Below are positions 16,768 to 24,672 of a DNA stretch of 37,589 nucleotides, piece after piece (the stretch's first letter is position 1; each line of letters begins with the position of its first letter). A model generated the notes under the pieces. It was given only the letters and a program-made list of their open reading frames with translations, was not told where the DNA came from and did no database searches. Made by a program: the position numbers and the translations under genes. The DNA is taken from positions 1 through 37,589 of the IMG/VR virus record IMGVR_UViG_3300045988_046639; one strand, 5' to 3'. Origin of the DNA: a virus.

Positions 16768-18167
16768 TCTTCATCATCCCCCTCTCCATCATCTTGAATT
16801 TCTTCATTTAATAACTCCGTTGCTTCTTCTTCAGTAAATCCGTATTGCTTCATAAAGTACATAATCTTTAATCTTGGAATATCAAATGTTAGTGCGTCAT
16901 TTCTTAACGCTTGTGCAGTGCTTTGCTTATCCTCGATATATGTATCATCATAATCAATAGCAATGTCTAATGAATTGATATTAAGCTTTCTGCCTTGTGT
17001 TAATTCATAAAAGTATGCTATTGCTTGAATGATATCTTGAATATATGCAGTAGATTCTTTACGTTGTGAGTTAACTTCCTTCATTGCGTCTTGATTCTCA
17101 CCGATATATTCTGTAGCCGTCACAATTCTTCCACTTTCAAATGTGTATTTCTTTGTACCGAATCCAAACATCATTGATAATATGCTCAATGCAGTTTCTA
17201 ACGATTGGACAACTTCTTGTGTTCTTACTGTTGGATTGTACTCTTGCCATAAAGCTTTTTCTTCCGGTAGCTTATCCCTACCTAACTGAACAAAGATATT
17301 CTTTAATTGTGGGTTCTGTTTCACTTTTCCGTTCTTGTCTTTTTGCATTAATGCTTCATTTACAAGAACGATTTTATCTGACTTTAACAAATCACGATTC
17401 CACATTGTCATTGTCAAATCAATTGTTTTTAGTGGAGCGATTGCGCTCCAAATCTTTGGTAAGCCGTACCCTTGCATTTGTAAGTTGTTTACCTTTGCGT
17501 TTCTCATGATTGCAAACGGCTTAACCACATCTAATTGAACAATCTGAGCACGCTCTTTTATTTCTTCACCTGTGTCTTTGAAGTAATGTGTTTCTGCAAT
17601 ATATCTTTCGTCTTGCCCTTTTAAGAACATGACCATCACATATACTTTTTTTAGTTTCTCATAATTTACTCCAACAAAAGCTACCTCAACGATTTCATCA
17701 TTGATAACAGTCAATGGAAGGATATTCATTGAATCACAATAGTTGATTCTGATTTCTCCTCCACTGAATGTACCATCTTCATAAATCTCGGCATTCGATA
17801 CCGTTACATAAGCTCCTACCGTACCATTTGCAGACATTTGCTCAACTTGCTTCCTATACATAACATCAAATCTATTCTTCGTTAGAATGTCTGAAATAAT
17901 GTCATTTGTTGTACTGTCCTCAGTGGCGTTTATATCTAGGATTTCAATAAGGTTTGCGTCATCCTCGCATAAACGCTTTGCAAAGTCTGTCTTGTCTAAT
18001 GTGTATTCCTCGTTGTTCAAGGTATATGCCGTATGAAATTCTGTTTCGGTATTTGTATACCACTTATTACACAATTCAATAATCTCAATTGCGTTTGTAT
18101 CTACATAATACCCTCTTTCGTTTAGGTAATTCTGAAACCACGGTCTACGTGTGTTAGATGTTTCTAT
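16764..18167 (-). CDS. Portal protein
   Basis: Position after TerL, size, and acidic C-terminus. The frame opens after the TerL TAA, and ATA at 18167 lies 6 nt after AAGGAGG. The ORF-track TTG at 18074 is 31 codons in. Confidence 0.8.
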   Translation of the reverse strand: METSNTRRPWFQNYLNERGYYVDTNAIEIIELCNKWYTNTETEFHTAYTLNNEEYTLDKTDFAKRLCEDDANLIEILDINATEDSTTNDIISDILTKNRFDVMYRKQVEQMSANGTVGAYVTVSNAEIYEDGTFSGGEIRINYCDSMNILPLTVINDEIVEVAFVGVNYEKLKKVYVMVMFLKGQDERYIAETHYFKDTGEEIKERAQIVQLDVVKPFAIMRNAKVNNLQMQGYGLPKIWSAIAPLKTIDLTMTMWNRDLLKSDKIVLVNEALMQKDKNGKVKQNPQLKNIFVQLGRDKLPEEKALWQEYNPTVRTQEVVQSLETALSILSMMFGFGTKKYTFESGRIVTATEYIGENQDAMKEVNSQRKESTAYIQDIIQAIAYFYELTQGRKLNINSLDIAIDYDDTYIEDKQSTAQALRNDALTFDIPRLKIMYFMKQYGFTEEEATELLNEEIQDDGEGDDEE

Positions 18168-18170
18168 TTT

Positions 18171-19502
18171 TTACCTCCTTAAGTCAATATATCCACTATG
18201 GGTTATAAATGTATAGCAGAACGAATCCCAATCATCATTGATATTGTTTACGTTCTCATCTTTTGGAATGTCTTTCTTTTCATCCCATACAAGTTCGCTC
18301 AATGCGTTTATTAAATTCTTACAATGTTCTTCTATCTTTAGCCTACCTGTAACAAGTAAGCTATCAACTGTTATAGGACGGTCTGTAAGCTCATTCTTCT
18401 TTACCGGTGCAATTATACTTCCGTCTAATCCTTCTGCGTAAAAATAAGCTCTAAGCGTGTTTATCAACGTATTAGAAGCACTGTCCGGAAATATCCATTC
18501 AACATATCCGTAACATTCAATACAACGCTTATAGAATCTTACAAATGCTTTGCAAAACTTTGTTGCGTCTATTGCATTTGACTTTGCCATGTCCCCTTCA
18601 TCAAGTGCCCACATATAATCCCAATCGCTCGTGAATCCTGTTAAGTGCCATGAGTATTTCGAACCATTGTCTCCAAAGTCAACGCCTATGATTAAATGAC
18701 TGAACCTTTTTCCTGTTTCATTCATCTTTTCTTTTAGACTCTGATATTTAAATAGGTAAGGTTTGCAGTCATTAGCAAAATAAGGGAATACAAGTCCTTC
18801 GGCTTCTTCCCTCTGTCCTTTTATATCTCTTTTGTAGTAAACGCTATTCTTATCGTATGATTTTAAAACCGTTCTAATCTGCTCATCACTTAAAGAATAA
18901 TTGTCAACTAAGGTGGTATACCCATAGTTGTAACCATATGTAGAATCTTTATTCTGTTGCTCCTCATGATATTTCAAGAAATCTGTGTAATACCAATGAT
19001 TCTTGCCTTTGGGGTTTAAATCATGAAATATCTTTCGATTGCTTGACGCTATCGTTCTATCCATCACTTCTTGTAAAAATTCAATGCAACAAAGGTTTGC
19101 TTCTGTAACGTAAGCCATTCCGTAAGAATAACCATGTATTGCATTCTCTGAGCCTTTCTTAGCACCACCGGCAAAGAATACAACCTTTTCTCCAACTTTT
19201 GTATTGATGTAGTAGCAGTCTTTACCTTCATACTTCCCTACTTTGAATCTGTTAGCAAAATAGTTCTGTAATCCGTATCCGTTACAATCTCCAATATTTA
19301 CACGTGCAGATGATGTATCTGTTCCTGCTATCAAATGGAATTTATCCGGATGTGTTTCTAGTGCAATACAGAAAGCGTATGTGTTGAGTACGTTCTTTCC
19401 TCCACGCTTACCTTAACCTCCCTCAAGTACATTCAACCAACAATCAAATGTTTTCTTGAGGTAAGCCAACTGCTTTTGATTAAAAGGCGCAGGCTTATTC
19501 AT
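18171..19502 (-). CDS. terL: Terminase large subunit, interrupted by an in-frame TAA at 19413..19415 in the P-loop
   Basis: ATG at 19502 follows GGTGGTGG. The sequence reads MNKPAPFNQKQLAYLKKTFDCWLNVLEGG-TAA-GKRGGKNVLNTYAF... in one frame, continuing into ORF 18171..19334. Confidence 0.8.
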
Positions 19503-19520
19503 CAAACCACCACCTTTCTT

Positions 19521-19910
19521 TTATTCAAAATCTTCAATTCTTCTTTCTTTTGCTACATCTGTAATCATAGCCTTATTAATTGCATTTACTTCTGAAGCGT
19601 CAAAATGTGTTTCTACCTTATCTGCTTGACCTAGGAATTGTTTGCCTAAGAAAATAGCCATTGCAGGACTCTTTGAAGCTAGTTTAAATTGCACTCTTCG
19701 TAACGAAATTCTTCCTTGTGCGCCGAACCTTTTTAAACATTCGGAGAAATCAGTTCCATATGTACGTTTACACCATTTTGATAGTGTCTTATCTGTCGTG
19801 TTAAAAAAATAACATACTTCTGCTTGCGTGCATTGAATAGCTAACAATTTTTCAAATTCTTCTTTGTCGAAATCCTTGTTAGGTCTTCCAACTTTTCCAT
19901 TCGCTATTAT
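19521..19910 (-). CDS. terS: Terminase small subunit
   Basis: HTH-like N-terminus. The frame opens after a TAG. Tandem ATA ATA at 19910/19907 lie 4-7 nt after AAAGGGGA and give (M)ANGKVGRPNKDFDKEEFEKLLAIQCTQAEV. The first canonical start is TTG at 19847. Confidence 0.75.
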   Translation of the reverse strand: MIANGKVGRPNKDFDKEEFEKLLAIQCTQAEVCYFFNTTDKTLSKWCKRTYGTDFSECLKRFGAQGRISLRRVQFKLASKSPAMAIFLGKQFLGQADKVETHFDASEVNAINKAMITDVAKERRIEDFE

Positions 19911-19931
19911 TGCATCCCCTTTCTATATTTA

Positions 19932-20195
19932 TCACTCAATATTTTTGGTGTGCAGAGCGTCATTTACATTTATACAAGTATTTGTATTCTTTATGTATTC
20001 ATCAACGTATAATTCATTTTTATCGCCGTTATACGTTACCTCATAATAGTTATCTGTGCTTTGAGCACTAATCAATGCTTTATTGTTTTGAAGCACTTTA
20101 ACCATCCATACAACGAACATTTCACTGATTGCAATATTTGGATTCACTTGAAATACTGCATTCATTGCTAATTCTTGAAATTCTTTTGAACCCAT
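19932..20195 (-). CDS. Hypothetical protein conserved upstream of terminase genes
   Basis: ATG at 20195 lies 5 nt after AGGAGG. VWMVKVLQNNKALIS...YYEVTYNGDKNELYVDEY pattern. Confidence 0.65.
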   Translation of the reverse strand: MGSKEFQELAMNAVFQVNPNIAISEMFVVWMVKVLQNNKALISAQSTDNYYEVTYNGDKNELYVDEYIKNTNTCINVNDALHTKNIE

Positions 20196-20218
20196 ATTCT
20201 CCTCCTTATTATTAAAAG

Positions 20219-20240
20219 AACCGAGACAAACGCTCGGTAA
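20219..20240 (-). terminator. Hairpin ACCGAG/CTCGGT with a TCTTTT tail, between the tRNA-like gene and the late operon
   Basis: Read directly on the minus strand. The T-run is weak. Confidence 0.4.
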
Positions 20241-20320
20241 TATATCAAAGCCTAATAATATGCCATTGTTGGTATTTAACATCTAATTTGGGAAGGACTT
20301 ACTGATAGGCTTTGTAAACA

Positions 20321-20396
20321 TGGTTGCAGGAGAAGGAATTGCACCGTTCGACCTCTAGCTAATAAGACTAGTGAGCTACTACTGCTCTATCCTGCT
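20321..20396 (-). tRNA. tRNA-like gene with anticodon UAU (reads AUA) and initiator-like acceptor and D arms; non-canonical T arm
   Basis: Manual cloverleaf: AGCAGGA UA GAGC AGUAGUA GCUC A CUAGU CUUAUUA GCUAG AGGUC GAA(C)GG UGCAAUU CCUUC UCCUGCA ACCA. It shows U8, A14, G18, A21, U33, G53:C61 and an encoded CCA. Confidence 0.6.
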
Positions 20397-20411
20397 AAAA
20401 CAATTATTACA

Positions 20412-20436
20412 TGAAAAAATGCTCACATTGTGAGCA
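20412..20436 (-). terminator. Rho-independent terminator after the late regulator gene
   Basis: The minus strand reads TGCTCAC-aat-GTGAGCA followed by TTTTTT. It overlaps the stop codon at 20423. Confidence 0.7.
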
Positions 20437-20749
20437 CTTTCTTTAAGTTTTTATTTATTTTTCTTGGAATTTCTTCTCTTGCATAACCTACAATATTAGA
20501 TGTCTTTTCTGCACTGAATCCCTTTATATATCTATACTCAATCATTGTTCGAGTTGTATCATCAAGTTGGCTTAATTTTTCTTTTACATAGTTCATTCTT
20601 CTTGCATAATCTGCATGAGCCAAGAATAGCTCGGCTTTTAATGGATAAATTGCTTCATCCCTTTGTAGCTCGGCTATCTTTTGCTCATAGTATGTATAAG
20701 ATTGGCATTCACACAAGAAGTGTCTCTTAATATCTTCATATGTGCTCAT
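20423..20749 (-). CDS. Late-gene transcriptional activator (sigma-r4-like, ArpU/RinA-type position)
   Basis: DDTTRTMIEYRYIKGFSAEKTSNIVGYAREEIPRKINKNLKK is an HTH pattern. It is the last gene before the packaging module. Confidence 0.55.
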   Translation of the reverse strand: MSTYEDIKRHFLCECQSYTYYEQKIAELQRDEAIYPLKAELFLAHADYARRMNYVKEKLSQLDDTTRTMIEYRYIKGFSAEKTSNIVGYAREEIPRKINKNLKKVLTM

Positions 20750-20940
20750 GATGTATACATCCTTATTAATCTATCTTCTAATTCGCCAACTTTATTCTTT
20801 AATTTATTAATTTCATGTGTTTGATTATTAATTGTTTCATTTCTTTCTTTTAAAATCTGATTAAGCTTAATATTCGCCCTTCCAAGTCTATTGTTTTTTG
20901 AAATTAACTCTTTAATCCTTTCTTCATAATTCATTTCTAT
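20746..20940 (-). CDS. Coiled-coil small protein
   Basis: The start is ambiguous. ATA at 20940 lies 6 nt after GGAGGTG; ATG at 20934 lies 12 nt after it. Confidence 0.5.
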   Translation of the reverse strand: MEMNYEERIKELISKNNRLGRANIKLNQILKERNETINNQTHEINKLKNKVGELEDRLIRMYTS

Positions 20941-20956
20941 TAAAACCACCTCCGTA

Positions 20957-21544
20957 TTAATTTAATGATTTGATAAAATCACAATATCGTTTTATATAAC
21001 TCCATTTGTTTGAATATTTGTAATATTTGCTAGAATGCTCTCCTACGCTTATTTGACTTATTCCTATAACATCTTTACTAGGAATTACCAATACATCTAA
21101 AACCTGTTCATCATCACTAAGTATGTACAAGATATATATGTCACAAGTTGGATATGTTTTTTCTAAATTGAATGTGTAAAAGCTCCCATTCCTACCTCTG
21201 TATAAGGTGCTTGCTTTCACATCAACTTTTACACATTCATTCACTAAAATATCATACGGATGTTTTGTAGACATTTTAATAGCTTCATATCCTTTGCCCT
21301 CTATGTAATCCATAAATTTTAATTCATATTTTCTGCCGAAATTTGTTCTACTTGGTTTTGATTCCAAATGTAATTCTTTCGCTAAAGGAAACCATAAATT
21401 TCTTTTTGAAATTGCATTGCCTAATCTTGAATCACCATAATATTCTTCAACTTCTCTCCTTGTAGGCATTCTGTTTAATCCTGTATCAATAATCATTTCT
21501 TTGATTTGTGATTTTATCTTTTCTTCTGTCCAATGTTCTCTTAT
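20957..21544 (-). CDS. PD-(D/E)xK endonuclease (PDDEXK_5-like) with an N-terminal helical repeat
   Basis: GRKYELKFMDYIEGKGYEAIKMSTKHPYDILVNECVKVDVKAS core. ATA at 21544 lies 5 nt after GGAGGT. The internal ATG at 21496 has no SD. Confidence 0.55.
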   Translation of the reverse strand: MREHWTEEKIKSQIKEMIIDTGLNRMPTRREVEEYYGDSRLGNAISKRNLWFPLAKELHLESKPSRTNFGRKYELKFMDYIEGKGYEAIKMSTKHPYDILVNECVKVDVKASTLYRGRNGSFYTFNLEKTYPTCDIYILYILSDDEQVLDVLVIPSKDVIGISQISVGEHSSKYYKYSNKWSYIKRYCDFIKSLN

Positions 21545-21597
21545 TAGTTACCTCCATTTTTTGACAATTTTATTCTATAGTTCGTCAAGCTATAGAA

Positions 21598-22086
21598 TTA
21601 CTTAAAAGGTAAATCATCTGAAGCAATATCTAAATCACTTCCATCATTATATTCTTGTTGCGCAATTTGTTGTGTTAAGCTAGGTTGCGTATATGTGTTT
21701 TGAACGCCGTAAGTGTTGTTATTTACTTGATTCTGTTGTTGGCATGTATTTACATTAGGATTGTAATTCTGCCCATTAGAAGCGCTTTTAGGTGGTAACT
21801 GCACGTTACTAGCTACTATTTCAGTGATATAAACTTTTTGCCCTTGTTGGTTCTCATAATTTCTAACACTGATTCTTCCTTCAACTGTAACTAAATCACC
21901 TTTCTTGCAATACATATTCACAATATCTGCTAATTTATTCCATGCCACACAATTAATAAAATCTGTAGTATCATTGTATCCATTTACTGCTACTGTAAAC
22001 TTTGCTACGCTATTTCCATTTTGTGTTTTTGATAACTCAACATCTTTAGTTAAGTGTCCACAAATAATTGCTACATTTATACTCAT
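21598..22086 (-). CDS. ssb: Single-stranded DNA-binding protein
   Basis: OB-fold N-terminus (INVAIICGHLTKDVEL...TDFINCVAW), Q/N-rich linker and acidic tail DDLPF. Confidence 0.9.
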   Translation of the reverse strand: MSINVAIICGHLTKDVELSKTQNGNSVAKFTVAVNGYNDTTDFINCVAWNKLADIVNMYCKKGDLVTVEGRISVRNYENQQGQKVYITEIVASNVQLPPKSASNGQNYNPNVNTCQQQNQVNNNTYGVQNTYTQPSLTQQIAQQEYNDGSDLDIASDDLPFK

Positions 22087-22364
22087 TCTTTTTCTCCTCC
22101 TAATTTACTAATAGCCAAATACTCAACATTTTGTTGACCTTCATACCAATCGTCTAACCAATTTAAACATTCTTCGCAACAATCTATTGATACGCATTGA
22201 ACCGAATAATCCCATTCTTTTTCAAAGTCATATTTATATCTCAGATAAACTAAATAATTACAATAATCATCATCTTCTTCTACCATGTAATTATATAATT
22301 CGTTTTCTGTTATTCCTTTTTTTAATCGAACAAATTCAATTGAAGGTATTTTAATGTCATTCAT
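22083..22364 (-). CDS. Acidic Cys-containing small protein
   Basis: ORF with an ATGA-type overlap with the upstream gene. Confidence 0.5.
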   Translation of the reverse strand: MNDIKIPSIEFVRLKKGITENELYNYMVEEDDDYCNYLVYLRYKYDFEKEWDYSVQCVSIDCCEECLNWLDDWYEGQQNVEYLAISKLGGEKE

Positions 22365-22671
22365 CTTTATCTTCCTCCATTAACTTCTGCCCACAGAATG
22401 GACAACGAGGGTAATATTTGTTTCCATGATATGTTGGAATAGGAACAACTCCATGCTCGCAAGTTGGACAACATAACATCAAATCACCACATGGACCAAA
22501 CTCAACATCTATAGGTTTCTTTGGTGTTTCTTTGCTCACTAATTTTTTTAGTGAATCGAAAGCATTATATAAATTGTCTGTATCTGATTCATACTCTCCA
22601 ACTGTTTCTTCTCCATAACACAAAAGAATTTCATTGTTTATTGTTTCAAACGCTTCTTCATATTCATTCAT
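22357..22671 (-). CDS. Zinc-ribbon protein
   Basis: CCPTCEHG...RCPFCGQ paired CxxC motifs. Confidence 0.55.
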   Translation of the reverse strand: MNEYEEAFETINNEILLCYGEETVGEYESDTDNLYNAFDSLKKLVSKETPKKPIDVEFGPCGDLMLCCPTCEHGVVPIPTYHGNKYYPRCPFCGQKLMEEDKDE

Positions 22672-22675
22672 TTAT

Positions 22676-22834
22676 TTATTTCTCCTTCGATTTTTCTTTA
22701 TTAACTAACTCTCTAAGTGTAGCCATTGCTTCATATATTTCATTATCACTAGGTAATAATTCTAAATCTTTACGCACCATGTAATAAGTAAGCGTATCAG
22801 AAATTGTATTTAATGCTTCTTGATATTTATTCAT
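22676..22834 (-). CDS. Small hypothetical protein (52 aa)
   Basis: ATG at 22834. MNKYQEALNTISDTL... It fills the gap between flanking genes and is below the ORF-track cutoff. Confidence 0.45.
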   Translation of the reverse strand: MNKYQEALNTISDTLTYYMVRKDLELLPSDNEIYEAMATLRELVNKEKSKEK

Positions 22835-23063
22835 TTTCATCTACCTCTAACTCGCTAAATTCTGATTCTATTAAATCTTCATAATCTTCATAAGGTTCAC
22901 TACTTTCTTTTTTGTAATAAATCTCTGCACATCCTGCTTTATCATCACTTTCCAATCTAGAAAACAAATCATATAAACCACCGCCATAATTATCTATTTC
23001 TTCATCCAAATCATCTTCGCAGTAGATAAGTCCATCATATTCATACATTTTATTCATATTCAT
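22827..23063 (-). CDS. Very acidic small protein
   Basis: Rich in D/E/Y throughout (…EDYEDLIESEFSELEVDENE). Confidence 0.5.
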   Translation of the reverse strand: MNMNKMYEYDGLIYCEDDLDEEIDNYGGGLYDLFSRLESDDKAGCAEIYYKKESSEPYEDYEDLIESEFSELEVDENE

Positions 23064-23298
23064 TTATCTCCTTTTTTATCAATTTCAATTCATTTATAAA
23101 ATATTCCATTCTATGAATTTCTTTTTCACGATAATCTATTTTTTTAGCTAAATCAGTGTATTTATCTTCTATACTGACTAATGAATCTTTTAAGATTTTA
23201 GCTTTCAATTCCTCAAGCTCTTCATCTCTGAATTTATTTTCCATTCTAATTCTTTCTTGATAGACGATGATTAATTCATCAATTCTTTTTTCAATCAT
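23050..23298 (-). CDS. Coiled-coil small protein
   Basis: ORF with an overlapping start. Confidence 0.5.
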   Translation of the reverse strand: MIEKRIDELIIVYQERIRMENKFRDEELEELKAKILKDSLVSIEDKYTDLAKKIDYREKEIHRMEYFINELKLIKKEINEYE

Positions 23299-23662
23299 CT
23301 GTATTTTCTTCTTTCTCTTTTAAATATTCCTCATATTTATCGGCTATAAATCCATCCATTTCTTGTTTTGTGAACCCTAAATTTAATAGTTCATCTTTAT
23401 AATTCATTCCGTAATTAAATGAATCTATATCTAAATAGTGCTCTAATGAATAGTTCTCAACATCTAACAATCTACAACAATATTCTAGAATGTGTTGCTT
23501 ATACTGGTCTATTTTTTCGGCTAAATCATTTATTTCTTTTTTTGCTTGTGCAACATCTTCGCTATGTGATTCTTGTTCCTCTTTTAGCCTTCTTTTTAAA
23601 TACTCGTTATTACTTTTTAACAAATCATATGTTTCTAGTGGCATTTGAACAAACGCTTCCAT
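23291..23662 (-). CDS. Hypothetical protein
   Basis: TAATG overlap with the upstream gene. Confidence 0.5.
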   Translation of the reverse strand: MEAFVQMPLETYDLLKSNNEYLKRRLKEEQESHSEDVAQAKKEINDLAEKIDQYKQHILEYCCRLLDVENYSLEHYLDIDSFNYGMNYKDELLNLGFTKQEMDGFIADKYEEYLKEKEENTDD

Positions 23663-23832
23663 TAAAAATCATCCTCCTCATCTGAATCATCATTAATAAT
23701 TGCGTTGTATAAGTATTCAATACGTTCTCTGTATTCCTCTTTTGTGATTTCTGATAAAGGCTTTTTGAATGATGTAGGCAACAATTTAAATCCGAATTCT
23801 TTTCCAAATTCATCTAAATCTTTTTCTGTCAT
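23662..23832 (-). CDS. Small acidic-tailed protein (56 aa)
   Basis: ATGA overlap with the upstream stop and TAATG overlap with the downstream start. It replaces ORF-track 23625..23813, which is in another frame. Confidence 0.5.
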   Translation of the reverse strand: MTEKDLDEFGKEFGFKLLPTSFKKPLSEITKEEYRERIEYLYNAIINDDSDEEDDF

Positions 23833-24065
23833 ACTTCCACCTCATCATCTGCAGGCATATAGAATGTTAATCCACACTGATTCGCAATAAGTTCTTCAAT
23901 TCTATCTAGAACCTTTAGAGCTTTTTCTTCTGTTGAATAAACACCCAATTCGTAATCACATCCATCAGTTGTTGCACCACATATCAAACAGAAATTGCCG
24001 TCATTAATAACACGCATAAAATTAATATTTACTAAAGCGTTTTTTGTCTGACTCCTAATCCACAT
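23829..24065 (-). CDS. Hypothetical protein
   Basis: ATG follows GAGGG. Confidence 0.5.
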   Translation of the reverse strand: MWIRSQTKNALVNINFMRVINDGNFCLICGATTDGCDYELGVYSTEEKALKVLDRIEELIANQCGLTFYMPADDEVEV

Positions 24066-24066
24066 A

Positions 24067-24648
24067 TTAATAACCCTCTTTCAATCGTTGATAGTTGATT
24101 TTATTCTTTTCACAATAAGCTTGATATACATCTTCGATTGTGAATCCTAAAAATAAACTAATGAAGATAAGTTTTATAATTCTAAAATTTTTGCACTTTA
24201 TCAAGCTAACTAATTTATCGGCAAATCCTGTTCGCATTACTTCACTACAACAAACTTTTATTTGGTCGTTAATTCTAGACATTTGTTTTTCATAAATGTA
24301 GTCTTTTTTCACAAAATGGTTGCTATGGCTTAATACAAAATGCCAAATATCAACTAATTCTTCTAGAACTTTTTCTTTATCAACCGGTGCTTGTGTATTC
24401 TTCCACCAACACCACTTACCTTTTAATTCATGTGTTAATTCACCAATTTCATCGAGTATTGCTATATTCAAGAAATCTTCATTAATTTCTGAGATGTTAT
24501 GTTCTTTTAAAATTTGCTCATCTAACTTTTCTTGCATTTGTAGCATTATTTTTATCAATTCAACATCATGCTTATTTATGCGGTACATTTCTTTTCGCTC
24601 TTTAATACTCATTTCTTTTAATCTTTCTTTGTAATCTTTACTTGTCAT
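24067..24648 (-). CDS. Dimeric dUTPase / MazG-like all-alpha NTP pyrophosphohydrolase
   Basis: LDEIGELTHELKGKWCWWKN...EELVDIWHFVLS motif pattern. Confidence 0.6.
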   Translation of the reverse strand: MTSKDYKERLKEMSIKERKEMYRINKHDVELIKIMLQMQEKLDEQILKEHNISEINEDFLNIAILDEIGELTHELKGKWCWWKNTQAPVDKEKVLEELVDIWHFVLSHSNHFVKKDYIYEKQMSRINDQIKVCCSEVMRTGFADKLVSLIKCKNFRIIKLIFISLFLGFTIEDVYQAYCEKNKINYQRLKEGY

Positions 24649-24672
24649 GTCTTTTAATCTCTCTTTCTATAC

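Noticed and set aside
19334-19415. An independent TerL start downstream of the TAA (TTG 19334 or the adjacent ATA).
   Set aside because: No SD precedes them, and such a protein would lack the P-loop residues encoded just upstream in the same frame.
20321-20396. The possibility that the tRNA-like gene is a UAA suppressor that would rescue the TAA in TerL.
   Set aside because: With the 5-bp anticodon stem CUAGU/GCUAG, the 7-nt loop is CUUAUUA. Positions 34-36 are therefore UAU, not UUA. TAA is also used as an ordinary stop for many genes here.
23625-23813. Track ORF of 62 aa on the minus strand.
   Set aside because: A different frame (23662..23832) has ATGA and TAATG coupling overlaps with both neighbours and a sensible acidic protein sequence. 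The track ORF has neither.
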